The position numbers and the translations under genes are program-made. Positions 13,796-28,200 of a stretch of DNA of 64,000 nt are shown here, one piece after another. The notes below the pieces were generated by a model. The model saw only the letters and a program-made list of their open reading frames with translations, was not told where the DNA came from and searched no databases. The first letter of the stretch is position 1. Every line of letters begins with the position of its first letter. Source of the stretch: Amphiscolops sp. MND2022 (Eukaryota); contig OZ076409.1 in the NCBI GenBank assembly GCA_964187785.1, forward strand, positions 83,268,001-83,332,000, in the 5' to 3' direction.

Positions 13796-14499
13796 AAGCG
13801 ATCTTTAAGTCTATTTGGCTTCCTAAGGTTTAAACTTTTGAGATTTTCGTGATGCATCACAAATCCACTTCGCATCTCTGAAAAATGCTCGCGGTAATGG
13901 CCCAGGTTCTCGAGCTCGAGTGTTCAACCAGAGCAGGCAGTATCATAGTCTTATTTCGTGAGAAACGTTGATCAATTGAGTTTGAACTCAATTTCTGGCC
14001 AGCGTGATAGCTTTGTCTTTTCATAGTGCACTTCTAGAGCCTTCACGTGGACCTACTTTTATTATGCTAAAGCTGCTAATTAAAAAATTTTGACAAAAAT
14101 TATCCGCTGATCAAATGTGATTTTTCGGTTTCTGCAGCTTTCTAATGACTATAACGTCATTGAAACTTATCATCGAGGTTATTGAAAACCCGACTTTATG
14201 ACATGCCAAACTAGTATTTGTTTCAAACCTAGCGTAAGCGCCTCAGCGCCTATGTTTCATCGGGTTGGTGCCGTTTTTGTACACTTGGTAAAGAATGTCG
14301 TATGTTCCTGTATCCCGCAAGATCAATGTTAAACAGAACACCTCTCCAGTATATCTCCAGAAGAAAATGTTCATGTTTCGTCTCCAGAAAAAGCCGGTCC
14401 GAATTCGGAAAAAAATACGTTTCAACTGTTTAACCGTGCTCATCAAAATCCAGTGCTTCGGATTTTTTGGTTTGAAATTTTTTGGTTTGTGTGAGTAAT

Positions 14500-17400
14500 C
14501 ACAGCATTCGACGAAAACAAGTTTTGGTTGCCTCGGTAACTTTTTTCTAATTTGCTTATCGACGGATAGGTGGAACCCACTAAATCAAGATACAGTCCTT
14601 TTATCAAGAGATCAAGCAGCCGATACATTCGGTCCCTCGAAGCGAACAAAATTAGAGTAGGCGGACAACTGGATAGTCAGCTAAACTGCTAGACAGCTAG
14701 GAAAGTACGGTTGAAACAAGTGAAAGTGTACGGTGAAAAACAGCTGTTTAATTACTGTTCTTGAACAGCTGTGTGCTTCAAAGTGGTCCCATCTGGGTTC
14801 TTCTGGGTGTATATCGAACTCAGGGGCGTGGGCCACTTCTGCAAACGCTAGGAGTAGTGAATTCGAAGTGGGATTACTGGAGCTCTTGCGTATAAAGAGT
14901 ACTTGGGGTTTTGGGATACTTCATCAAGTTGTTAAGAATTGTTTTATGCAGTGGAAAATTTGAGCTCTTTTGGTTGGTTGTTTCGGGCTACTTCACAATT
15001 GGCTGGTTTTGAGAATTTTGAGAGAATAGGTTACAGAAGAATTGAAAACTGTTTGAGGAATATTATGGACAAATAGGGAAAATGGGGAAGCAGCATGAAA
15101 CAACTCAAAACTTTGAGATACAAGTGGATGCAATATATGCTGAGCTGCGCAAAGAAAAAGTGACAAACGAGAACCTTGCCAACCATCTATCGAACAGATT
15201 GGACCAACTGACCAGATGGTAGAAACTAGTCGCAGCGATTACAGCGATCTTGGAACCCAAGTATATGCAGTGGACGGATATCACAAGTGACGAATTAACT
15301 GCCTTAGGATACGCAGTAAAAAGTTTGGTATGTTGCTCATAATTATAGACAGTTAACAGAATTTTCTAAAATTTCAAGACCCGAAGAGGAAGTGTGACGA
15401 CCTGTTCCAGAAAAAACATTCAAAGGCGTTCCTAAAACGTCAAGACTCTAACGAGAAATGTGACGAACTGTTTCAGAACAACGAAGAGGAGATCAATGAT
15501 AATCGAGTTACTCTAGTCAATTCAGAGGACGACAGAGTATTGTTAGAAAACAACAGAGAAACCCTACAAAAGGCTGAAATTGTGGCTAAATTGGATCGGT
15601 TGCTGAAACCTAGTAGAGGCCTTTCAATCTACCGAGAATTACACCGCATGGAATGACACCGCTGCAGTCATTGCCCGTGCGAAAGCGTGGCAACAGCACC
15701 AACGAAACACCTGCGAAGTTTCTCTTCAAAAGGATGCCAATTAAGCACGACTACGAAGTGCCATGCAATCAGATCCGATTGAGTCGATGTGCATCATGTC
15801 AATGAAGTGACATCGCCAGCCGAAAAAGAGACTAGTTTGTAAACAAAACACATTCTAAGGGCAACCGAACCAGTCAGTTTTAAGTCAACAAGTGCGAAGC
15901 CAGTACTTCCAATAGAATTGGGAGCAATGAAAAACACAAAAAGTTACTGAACTATCTAGATCCGACGAAACACAATGAAATGAACGTAGGATACTTGCTG
16001 AAGAACTCGAAATTGATATACTCGAAGCAGAAACGGCGCGGAACAAAAAAATCTCAGAATGTCAGAAAAAGAAAGCCTGAGCAGATAGTAGCCGAGCAAG
16101 TGAAAGTTTGCGTAGCTTCTCTCGAATACCAGTCCCTATCCGTTCGAATAAGTACCGTCTTGATTTGACGAGTTCGAATTTGACGGCAAAGTCAAGAAGA
16201 ATGGGAATGAGGTATCCAGGATCGAACAGGCCGAACCTATTCAACTACAACCTGTTCCAATGCCACATACAGCACAAAAAATTAACCCAGCGGTAATGAT
16301 GACACTACCAACAGGAGCAAACGTGAAAAATTCGTGTAAACTTTTTGTACCGAAAGCCGCACCTGAACAGCTGAAAAAACTGCACCTCAAAATGTACAGT
16401 TTGCAAGTTTTACATTCAAATCAGCCATTCGACGAATAACCAGATGAGAAATGATACAGCTCCGCCATACGTGGCACACCTGTTAGCTTCACTCTACCCA
16501 CACACAGTCATTCCCCACCAACAAGAACCAAAATTGAGAGTTAGCAGAGTACTCAGGTGACCCATTGAAGAGGCCCGAGAGGTCAGGTTTGTTTTTGTCA
16601 GCCGTACACGCTTCAAATCATGACGCCAGCTTACACAGGAACCACCTCAAGCCAATGGTTTTGGAAAAACCAAAAATTAGTCCCTCGACTGGGCTACAGC
16701 GGCGAAATGTACGAAGCTGCTTGGAATACGTTCGTTGCGCTCCTTGGGAGACCACAAGCCCCGGTTAACGCACAACTTATCTGGATAAAAACTTTTAAAC
16801 CTGTGGAAGCATACGACTCTGTAGCTTTTGTAAAACACTCGGAATTTCAATTTATGTATACGTTCTGCGTAGATGAAATATTTTCTGGATTTCCAGTTAG
16901 AAGGCGTCCTGAGTAGTGCAATCAAAAACAGCCATCGAAAATGGAGACAAACTGGTTGACTCACGCGAGACAAAATACCAATTCCTACGTAGGGCTAGGA
17001 GCATCAGCTTATGGTTGCAAGAGCTAGCAACGGTGCAGGAAGACGTTCTCATGACAGACAATCACTGCGCTGACAAATCGAAATAGACAAGTAAAGACAA
17101 ACCAAACAACTCTAAACTCTCAATTTTTGCTAACAACAACACCGACAAAGAGCTTCTTCGAAATTGTCATTCGAAAGATGGTAAAAATGTTTTGTGGGAA
17201 TTCAATACGTTTCTGAAGATGTCTCGTCAAGCACGATATGAGAATGCCAAAGAGCTGAGGCGCTGTCGCTGTTGTTTTGCTAGACAAGGTGGGGGGACGA
17301 ATGCAGAGAAAAAGAGTGTGTAGTCAATGGTTGTAGCAGACAGGAAGATTGCTTGCCACAACGCGAGGCAAATGGACAGTCAAAAGGGAGCGGAAGACCC

Positions 17401-17675
17401 ACAACAAAAATCTGAGGTAACTTCAACCTTTTACTCACTGAATAGCAGTGGAATTCTGCCTGTTAAACATATCTTGATCACGTTGGAAAGAAAAAAGAAC
17501 CACTTTTGGAGATAATGGGCTGTGATAGAACAGAATAAATCTTTGTGGGACATTCAATCGTATGCAACTCGTTGCGATTTGTCTCGAAGGTCCAACAAAT
17601 ATGAAAAAACCTTGCAGATGCTAGAACAAACCACAAATTTTGTTGGCCAAAGGTAAGAAGTTGGTCTTCTCTGGC
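14500..17675 (+). mobile_element. Degenerate BEL/Pao LTR retrotransposon relic (5' boundary approximate)
   Basis: Broken gag resembling DUF1759 at ~16540-16850 (YSGDPL...LGYSGEMYEAAWNTF...GRPQAPVNAQL...YDS); pre-RT motif LWDIQSY...LQMLEQTTNFVGQR*EVGLLW at 17543-17674; PBS-like GGTCCCTCGA at ~14631. Confidence 0.72.
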
Positions 17676-17750
17676 TCTGGAAAATTATTGTTCAAAATTT
17701 TCAGTTTGAGCCTTCATTTCTTGACAATTATGATCCCGTTTGTTCCACAA

Positions 17751-18010
17751 GACTCTGAACTACCTTCCAGTAGGAATAATTTGTCCAGAGATTGTCCAAT
17801 ATAGATTTTTCGCGATAGAAATCTTGAAGTCTAAACAACAGTTTCTAATCAGACGGCTACTTTCTTTTTCGGAACAGTTCGAGGTACAGTCATGATGGGT
17901 ATTAAACGTTTTTTTTTGTTCACTCTAGTGGCCTTCTTGTGGAACTACTTTCATTTCGCTAAGGAAGCTACTTAGTGCAATTGTTGACAAAAACTGATCA
18001 CTGATTAAAT
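17751..18010 (+). repeat. Diverged dispersed repeat, paralogous to 13541-13795
   Basis: See 13541-13795. Confidence 0.75.
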
Positions 18011-19812
18011 GGGACTTTTATCCAACCTAGATTTTCAATGCCTATCGCAGATTTGCGTTGCTGAGAATTTATATCCTGAAAATTTTTGGTGTCAAATGAG
18101 TATTCTTCGCAAGCCTTGCGCTAAGCATCCTAACGCCTATGTTTCTTTTTTTCCTCACCCCAGAGATCGCCCTTAAACTTTCTCAAAAAAACGAAAGTCT
18201 TGGTCTGTTTCTCAATATGTAAAATCATTTCTGGTATCAATATTTATCTTCCGGTAAGGTGATTTTCTTAATAGGTCGAAGTGACATTCAAACATATTCT
18301 TTAGTTGCAGATACACTAAGACACAGGACACGAATTTTTTTTTGGATGTACCCCTAAAATCTAAAACAAAACCGTTGAGATGATCCAAAAAACTAAAAAT
18401 TATTGTTGGATAAAATCAATTTGGTGGTAATTTGTGTGTAAATCAGTATTTTCATCAGAGAAAAATCTTTCACATTCTCTTGAAATCAATAGAACATCTC
18501 ATTCGTCTTAATTTCCAGGTGATCTACTAACCTTCAGTGGTACTGTCTGTGGCAGAGAGAGTGCATAGTCGGTATTAAATCTTCACAGGAGAACAAAATG
18601 CCATGTAAGTCTAGCGATCATCGCACTAAGAAGTAGCGGAACAACACTACGAGATTGAAGTATCCATTTCTCTTTTCAACAAACAACGAAAACCTGCTGG
18701 GATAAAAATACAACAAAAAGTATTACGATTGGCAAGAAATTTTGTTTTCGGGGAAAAAAGGTTGCCTGAAGTTTGTTTTTTTTCTCCATAACCGATGTTG
18801 TTTTTTCTAAAAGCTGCAGAGAACGCCTTTGTAACTACATCAACGGTGGAGCGATTGACGATAACCTCGTACAATTGTCAATTAGCGTATTTGACACGGT
18901 ATCAGTGATTTTCCTCATACGCGATGGACAACCATAACTGGAGAAGGACCTAAATTGGCAGCTACGATCGCTTTGTACCATTACACACCAAGACAATGTA
19001 CAGAATGGAATCAGAATGGTAACGGCAAGGTTGCTTGCTGATTTCGTTGTCGACAGCTTAATAGCTCTGTTGCTGAGAATGACCACAGACAGATTTGTTT
19101 CCTTCCGAGCTCAACAAGTTCTGGCTCTTTTTAAATGTCGGAGACTGTTTAGAAGTTCTTTCAATTTTCCTCATCAGCTCAAGTGCAGATCTGGACGTCA
19201 TATGGCCAAAAGTTTTTCAAATTTGGACCGTCAAATTGAGGGGATAAAGAGTTATGACTTGTGTAAAAGTTGTGAAGCAACTTGTGATCGTTGTTCTATG
19301 AGGAACTTTAGCCACCGATCTCTGACCACTCTTGTTCGTTGCAAAAACATATGCATTTGGCAACATTCTAAGGAGAACGTCTGTGAAGTCGGTTGATTTT
19401 CATTGTTGGTCTTTGAACCGCGAAAAGAACCACGGCAAACCTGAAGTAGGTGTAACGATTAAAAAGACACCGAGGTAGGTTGGCATAATTTTCATTTTTT
19501 AGAATCAAAAAACTTCAGTCCAAAAATATGATTGACAAGATAATTCTAAATGTTTCTAAAACTTGAGAAAAGCTCAGTCTTTGGATTTTTTGTGATATTC
19601 TTGCTAAAAAATAACAAGAGCTCACATTCAGCTTCGGATAGCAAGGTTTTTTGTAGATTCCGTTTCGTTCCATTTGGTCATTGCTTCACGGAGTGACCCA
19701 ACTTGTGTTTGCTTCCGGTTTGACTTTCTGATAACTATCACGTCTAGACGAACAAAAGAAATTCAAATGGAAACATTTAGATTTTGAAACTATTGTTGAA
19801 CTTAGTATATTA

Positions 19813-20180
19813 AACGAGAGAGGAACGTCTAAAGTCGGTGCCCCAATCAAGGCTCAAAGTCTCAGTAAAATAATCTGGATGGTTTTGGAAAATTTTCATT
19901 TTTTCAGAGTGTCAAACAAAGTCCGAAGAGCGACCTGAAGTTTCAATTAAAACATCAAAAAATGCCCAAATTGATTGAAAAAGTAATTTTCGAAAAAGTC
20001 TCACATTGTTAAAAATATTCAGTTCCCGGCAGGTATCGAGCCGACGGCCGTCTACTCGAGAAGCGCCGATCCTAACTCACTGGCTGCGTGACCAAATTTG
20101 CGGCGTAAACAAAAACTCTCAAGAATAGGACCATTCACATACATTCTGTGGTTTTACAGAGAAAACTTTTAAAAACTAGA
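19813..20180 (+). mobile_element. HINE-like element, diverged partial copy with an antisense tRNA-like segment (~20025-20093)
   Basis: AACGAGAGAGGAACGTCTAAAGTCGGTGCC...AAGGCTCAA matches the start of copy 2; minus-strand GCAGCCAGTGAGTTAGG...GGCTCGATACC resembles A/B boxes. Confidence 0.5.
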
Positions 20181-22226
20181 CATGGTAAATGGTATCAGCC
20201 ACATTTTCTTACAAAATCTAACTGCTTCAAAAGAACAGTTACAACCACGTGAAAGACAAGAAGAAGTTTGTTCAGGTGTTTCGTCGCCAAGAATGGAGCA
20301 AAGCTAAAGCTGAAAGCAGAACTTTTTAAACCAAAAATAATACTGATTCCAGCATTAAAACATTTAGTAGTTTTTCACCATATGCTTCCCAAAAAGTTAC
20401 AAAAATTACCTCATAAATAAAAAACAACAGAAGGCGAACTTCGTTTTCTCGTATGCCCGCTCGGCGCACAATCTCAAAAAAGAACAACAGAAGAAATCGG
20501 ACGAACTGTAAGAAAAAAGCACAACTGTTGCGACAAAAAATGCAGGCACTAATCGATTTCTCAGGAAACACTTTAGTATGTCAACACTGCTACTGCTACC
20601 TTCCACAAACTATAACATGCTCCATTGATCTAGTGCTTTTTCCATCCAGATAACTCGCATCACTTTCTGCCTTTTTTGATTCAGCTCTCTTTCACTTGAT
20701 TTCAACGCTCAAGATTTCATCGAACCGATGGACAATATCAAGGTGATACCAATATTTCTTGCGAAATGAGTAACAATTGGTGTGAAGTAATTTGACTATC
20801 GTCCACCCATTTACCAAAATCAAGGCTTCTTGTGCAATCTAGGAGCATGTGCTCAAACACCAAAATTACATCGAATTCCTTATGATTGAATGAGAAACCT
20901 CGCGTTTTTTTAGTGAAGGCATCAAGCGTTTCATAACGCGTCTATACAAAGTGTGTTGTTCAGCATACCGTCAGAGCATCTCATGAGAATACTTGAAGAC
21001 CGACAAACGTGACGTATCCACTCTGTCGAAATTGTATCTCGGCCGATGAATCTACCCGCTAAAAATTTTCATCAGACACTTTGAATTTGTGGATTTCTTT
21101 CAGCCGAAATAGAAAAAGACAATTGAGACAGCTCTTTTTACTAAAATGGTCCATGTGTTAGAGTTGTAAATTGACATACGACAAACATTAGTAAACAGAT
21201 ATGCAATTTACAGAAGTACCTGCCAACACAAGAGCGTGAGAAAAAGATCTTTAACACTTCACGCCATAAGATACAGTTTAGTCAATTCACACGCATTTGC
21301 CAATTCTACTTGTTTTGCCAAGTCAAAGTATAGCGATTACAGTCCAATCAGTAAAGTATTTGATGCAAAATGAGAAAAATTCGATTAGATGGTAGTTAAA
21401 AAGAAAAAATTTTGCCTTAACCTCGTCAGAACACCGAGACGTCGAAAAATGACAAAAAATTGGCAACAATTTTTTAAAGCTTAATTTCTCTACGAATAAT
21501 AATCACAGCTGAAATCGGTTTTTCTTCTCCTGAAAGCCCTTTACCTAAACTTTCAAATGCACACTAGTTAGGCCGGGAGTTGGGGCCGCTTTTTGGGGTG
21601 AGAGCGCCACGCCGGCGGCGCGCGCCCGGCTTCGTCGGGCCTTTTATTTGCCGGTCAAACTCTTAGTTGAAGCTTCATTCAAAAAAAAGTCTCATTGCGT
21701 TTTCAATGGTGACAAATTGTGTTACTAGTGTGTGACAGTAACTTAGCAAACATTGTACTGTGTTATTGAGAAAAAACTAATTTTCTGAAAAGTTTTTTTG
21801 CAAATTTTCACTTTTTAAAAATTACTTTTTTGTTTGTGGTTCGAAAAACAAACTATATTGACACAAATAACAACTCGCCCCAGATAGTCCAATAGATTGT
21901 TGATAAGAAAGACAAGTTTTCGTTTTCCTATATGCTTTTTGCGTTTCTTAATTTTTTATTGATTGTGAAAAAAATCGCTGTCCTCATTTGAGGACGAAAT
22001 CTCTAACGAGGTTAAATGAGAAAAGAAGTTTACAAAATTGTTTTTAAGTTTTCCAATAAACTGTTAACCTATTCAGTCAAAACTCTTGAGCCTGTGTCTA
22101 TTCTCACGTTAGGTTTGTTAGTCTCTTGCCGTACAAATCTCTCAACTTCTACATAAACGATCATGTCTGAATTCTAGTTTTTGGTTAAGTTCATATTCAG
22201 GAAGTATTTCTGAGAAATGGGGGCTA

Positions 22227-25200
22227 TCAAAAGCGGTTCTCTCGAACGTGCATGTTGAACTCTTCGAAGAGACAGACATTGGGTGGAATGGGGTCCACCT
22301 TGCGCTTGTTCACTGTCTGGGTCTTGGTAGCTGGCCCATTTCTCTCTTCATTAGTGACCTCTTCTATCTCCAGAAACACGCTTCCTTGTTGTCCTGGAGT
22401 GTATGTTGTCTCGGTCTCTGAAAAAAAACTAATCCAATTGAAACAGATTGTTTAGTTTTTGAGGTTTAGCAAAAACTAGGTCTCTCTTTTGTTTAAAAGG
22501 GCCTGTGCCATAAGTTTTAATGTCCCAAGATTTTTTCATTGGTTCATAAGTTGTTCAAATTTCTCACGCGAGTATGCAGGTGGGTTAAGAGGTCCACCCA
22601 ATTTGGGGAAGTCGCTAGTATTGAACGTGTGCCCGGTCATGCTGCTCCAACCACTGTCTCGTCGGGGGGTTCTTCGCCCGGCACCGCGTTTGGTCTTCTT
22701 CATGTGGGTCACCTTACTGGTAATTTGGTCTCCGTCTTCTCCTTCTTCTTCATAAATTACTTCCTCCTCTAGATACACTTTCCTAGAAGTACACGGAGAC
22801 AATTTGTCAAAGTTTTCTTGCTCGTCTATTATCTAACGTCGCATTAAATCGAAGAATCTGGAAATCTGCACTGTTGTTTTTTTTACATTCAAAAATTTCA
22901 AATGGCTCTCAAACGGCTCTCAAGTTCGAAGAACTGTCAAAAATATATGAACCATTTCTTTGAGTAGAGTTTTGATTATTCTCAAACCCATCATAGAGTG
23001 GAAACCGAGGAAAACTTTAGTTTTGCTAACTGTGTTTCCAAAGACTGCGTCACGTGCTTGTAACAACTGGTCTCTTAAGTATGAACAGCAGTTTCACAAA
23101 GACTGCCTTGTTTTGAACAAGCCATTTCGAAAGGTAATCATGACAGGTTATCTTGGAGGTTCTCAGAAATGTTGTTAGAAGTTATGAGTTGCAGCAGCCT
23201 TAAAAGTTTGCCTTGGAAAGTATCCAGAAGGTTTCTACAGAATAGTAACAAAATACTTATCTTAATCATCAACTGTGACTCAAGGCATTCAAGGCATTTT
23301 GATAGCAATACATAAAATCATACTTGTATATACGAGTCGGGTCTGGTGGTTGAACAGGTTTGGAACAAGTCGTAATATAGAAAGGGCATCCGTATCTGCA
23401 GATATCCGGCCACAGGTTCCATCTGCGGAAACATCCCACCAGGTACCAAAAAATTCCAGGTCTCACACAACATGTCCATGAAGCAAAAGATCCTGCAAAA
23501 AGCAGCACACATGTTTTTGACATTAGTGTGACAACTACACTTTTGAAAGGACTGAAACTTTTGACATACAATATTATCGGATCACAAATTGAGATGAAAC
23601 AGGCTTTTGTTTCGGAAATGTTTTTCGTTTCATACTTGATAGGTCGCTACTCGAACTGAAGTGCAAGTCATATAAAAATAAAAATAGCGGTGGAAATAAG
23701 ATGAAGTGAAACGATAGAATTGAACAAATTGAAAACTTCAAGGTTGCTTGGATTCAAAGTCTCACTTTCCATCTTGTCAAAAATAACAGCATAAATACCA
23801 CCATGGTATGTATGTAGTCCAGTAAATAAATAGTTTTTGCAGAAAACACGTTGGAATTAAAAAAGAAAAGAACCTCGTTAAAGCTAATTTCTGTCATTTT
23901 CACGGAATTTTATTCTAAAGGTATTTTTCTTTGGAAGATCAACGGGACAGTCGCGAAATCTAAAAAAAATCCAATTGCTCATAAACAACAGTTGACATTC
24001 ATATGAGGATTTTGGTGCACAAGTCACAACTGCTTTCAAGCACCAAATTTTCAAAAACTTAATAAGAATGGAATTTAAAACTCGTCAATATAACGCTTTT
24101 TCTAACATTACTACTATTCTTTTCTATTCAGACCAGGAGACTTTAATGTAACAGTGAGGTTTTATGTAGATTTGCAACTTTATTTGTTAAAATATGGCCT
24201 TTTCCAAGAAACGAAGTTACACGCCTACCGTCTGGCAGGAGAAAAAACTAAGCTACTGAGTTATTCATCTTGATGTCTTATAAAGTTCCGATTGACCGTC
24301 TAGCACTGAATAAAATGAGCAGCTGTTTTTCCTCTCCTGTTAGTGAAGCAAGTGTAAGGTCTCTCCTTCTCAGGTTCTGACAAATTTTGGTGAGAATGAA
24401 AGTTCCTATTCATTAAATTATCCTCTTTAAGGTTATGCACAACATTTTCCGATTTATGAGGTCTCCTAGACATCCCAGGGACACTTCCCAACAGCCTTGC
24501 TAACACGGTGTTAACAACAACCTGCATAAAGGGAGGATTCTTTCGGATATCGCAGTGCTAATCGCACTTTCAATCTGTGAATTCACCCCGTTTATCAATC
24601 TATTTAGCTTTTGTGAGATCCTCAGGTTCATTTCTCCTGTTAGAGTTTCCATGTTTATTGAAAAGTCTAGAATATCTCTATTCACTGGCATGTTTCTAAT
24701 CTCGTTTTCTTGAGAGGAGTTTCCTCTCGCTGAACCAGTATCTCCATTATCATCCCTATCAAGCATGTTTGAAAAACGTGTGATTTGATCTATTTCTCTT
24801 TCAATTGGGTTGTACTCACCATTACTCTACATGACGTCCATATTTACATCATGTCACCTTCCCTCGACCTCCTAGCTTTCAGGGAAAGATTGATAACTGG
24901 TAATTAATTTGATATATCAGTTCTTGTAGTTTCCAAATATCAAAGTATTGTAACAGTAACTGTTTTGTTCACCTCTCAATCCATAATTTTGACCCCTTCG
25001 TCTGGGTGGCACTAAATATACACCCAATTGCATGACTATCAATTTTAAGACTACCACGTTGCAAAAATAGCCCAGATCAATAACGTCATTTGTAGTCATT
25101 TCTATTTACAACATCATCAAAGGGGGCGATCTAGACTGACCAGGGATTGTCACGTTGACATCAAAGATCAAAGGACACTGTGCCGAAGGGTCTTCTATAA

Positions 25201-28200
25201 ATAGCACCGGCTTGTTTATCTAATAGGTTACTATACAAAAGCACTTTTGATGATCTAATATTAGCTACATGACCTTTTAGGCAAGCTTCATGTTCATATA
25301 CACTAATAAATGTTTTGCTATGGTGAATGTGATGAATATGTACTGCGGTGTCATAAGGAAACGCAAAGTGACACATTGCACTGTTCAATTTAATCAATAT
25401 TCCATGTAATTTACAATACAGACGTATACAAGAATAAACTGTTCATGACTTTGATAAAAGTGAATAGTTTCACAGTTTGTAGGGTGTCCATTGTGTACTC
25501 AGAGAGACGGTAGATTGGAGGAAGCAGCATTCGTCACTTTTACCCCCTGGGGCACTGCGTAGATATTGCCATCATAGGCGCCCGCCTGTGACAGCAAGGG
25601 CCAGAAATAACAACCTAATCAAGTTTCTGAAGCACTTAAGCAACTGAACTTTCCGCAGTTTTGTGAATATCGGTACTGTTAGAACGAAGACAATTCCATC
25701 CAATTTGATGGACATCAAATTGATTCAGTGAATTTTGCAGTATCCAGTGAGAATGAGTAAAAAAAAATTCGAATGCCAAGATTTTGCTGGAAGACGTTAG
25801 ACATGAATACCTGAAGTGTTGAGGCTTTAATATGAATTTTCATTTGTTCTTTCTGATCAATGTTTTGAGAAAAAAAACGTTTTATTTTTCAACAACAAAC
25901 TTCTGTTCACGATGCTCCTGAATATAGAGTATATTTTTTGCCTCCACAATAACACAAACAAATTCAATGATTTTTTAAAATGGGCAGTTGGAATGTCGTC
26001 TCCAACAAATTTCAAATATCTACAATTTCTCCGTCAATATATATCATTTATCTGATGCCTTTTGCTTAGGAGAATATGTAGAACATCTACAGCTTAAAGC
26101 ACTCTGTGGTCATGCAAGGACAGTTTGGGACCATGAAGAGTCTAAATTCGCTGCGTTGCTTTTGAATGCAAATATTTCCAAACCGAGAAGGGCCCAAAAC
26201 AACGCCCTGCTGCTTAAGGCTAAAACAGAGGGTATTCCTGCAAATATGCGAAGGGAGAACTGTAGTGAAAACTTTTATTAATCTAATATTTACTGTAAAT
26301 ATCCTAAGATCTTACCGAAAATTCCAAGATGACATACTGTGGGTATCTTTAAATACGCTCATATCAAACAAAAATGTTTGACAAAAGCTGCACAGGTACG
26401 CAAGACCTAAAAATTTGGAAAATGGCCTAAGAATTTGAAAAAAAAAGTTTTTTCCAATTGATGGCTTTTACAGTGCATGTTGTTTCGAATATTCTGCTGT
26501 AGAACCGAAAGAAAAGCTTACCAACGATGCCAAGGTATACAAAAGTAATCTTCCAGAACCAGCCCATTCCGAACAAGTCGATCGGGATTTCTCTCTCGCA
26601 GTACGCACGTAGATCCAGTCTTTGGTCAGTGCCATCCGGGCAATGCTGGAAGTTCACTTGGTCACAAAGCAGACGCTACTCAACAGAAAATTTTCCAAGA
26701 GCAACATTAACTATGTCTGAAGGTTGCCAATGAATTCTCTATTTATATTTTGGAGACGAAGTTGAGTTCCAGCTATATTGGGCTGGACATACAACAGATA
26801 GAAGCATCAGAGAGAAGAAAAGTTTTTTAACAAAGAATGTTAATGAAACCTTTGTACACATGAGCAACTATTTTCTGTTCAATCACTTTTCTCCCGATTT
26901 GGAAACTTCGTTCGAGTATTTTAGCAACATGTGCAGTAAAACTGATTGTTTGGAGCTTGTATAAACTTCTCTTGTCGATTGTTGTTATCTCGAAAAAAAT
27001 ATATATAAAATTTCGACTATGTTGTATATTATAAGGTACTTCATACTTTGAGGATGAGCTAACCTTTGGAATGCAAGAAAGATCATCGCATCTCATGTCA
27101 TCTCTCGTGCAGTTCTCAGGTGCTCGCCTTAACGAAAAATATCGGAGACTAAGTTGCATCATATAAACAGGAATAAGTAAACCCAGCGCTTGGTATCTTG
27201 AATACTTAGACAGAATCTTTAGAGAATCTTACAACCCGTACTAAGATCCCATCGCAGTTCATCGATGGATCGCAGTCCCATGGGGCCCATCGATGGCCAT
27301 CAATGGTCCATCGATGGGCATCGATGAGGTTTTTCTAACGATGATCCCATCGATGGGAATCGAAATTTTTGGTCACAAAAATTCGTTCGACTTGGCCATG
27401 TTCAAAATTTCAACAAAACTCTCGCCATTTGAGTTTTTCAGTCTATTCAAGCTTTGTTTGGGATTTCGAGGATGCCCAAATATTTTATTCGGAAATGAAG
27501 TTATCCATATTATTACATAGTTATCCATATTATTTATCTTTGTGAAAAACCGGATTCTGTTGGTTTTCCAAGGAAAAAACACCAATTTTTTTTTATACAA
27601 AAACGTATTTTGAGAGTCAAATTTCTGCATCTTTCAGATATTTTTTCTTCTTTCAAGCAAATGGTTTTCTCAGCAATGGGAGCTTGATTCCGTCGCATTT
27701 TCATACGCATAATTGCAATTTTGCCAGGTTTTTCTGATTTTCCAGAGAAAAACTTCCCAATTTTTTAATATAAATACGTATTTTAAGAGTCAAATTTCTG
27801 CATATTTCAGATCTTTTTTCTTCTTACAAGCAGATGGTTTTCTCAGCAATTGAAGCTCGATTCCGTCCCATTTTCATGCGAAAAATTGCAATTTTGCCAG
27901 GTTTTTCTTTTTTTTCAATCAATTCAAGGGCAAGGCTCTGAAATAAATGATTTTCAGGCTCGAGAAAGCTTACTCAAGCTCAAAAAAAATTAAAAATGTT
28001 TAACCGTAAAATGCTCCACATGTGCCCCCATGCGCTGGGCGATAATTCAAATCCCATCGATGGCCATCGATGGTCCATCGATGCCCATCGGAAAAAGTTG
28101 CGATGCCCATCGATGGGATTGAATGGAGTCTCAGTACGGGAAGATCCTGATTGAGCGAACAAACCTAGCGGAAAACTAAGATAAGCTCAACTAATGGCTG

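Noticed and set aside
18500..21200. Possible decayed coding relic
   Set aside because: It looks coding-like in places, but I could not assign any motif with confidence.
24274..25430. Exact solo-LTR boundaries with TSD (also tried at 39268 and 29678)
   Set aside because: I could not find matching 4-5 bp duplications by eye, so the outer boundaries remain approximate.
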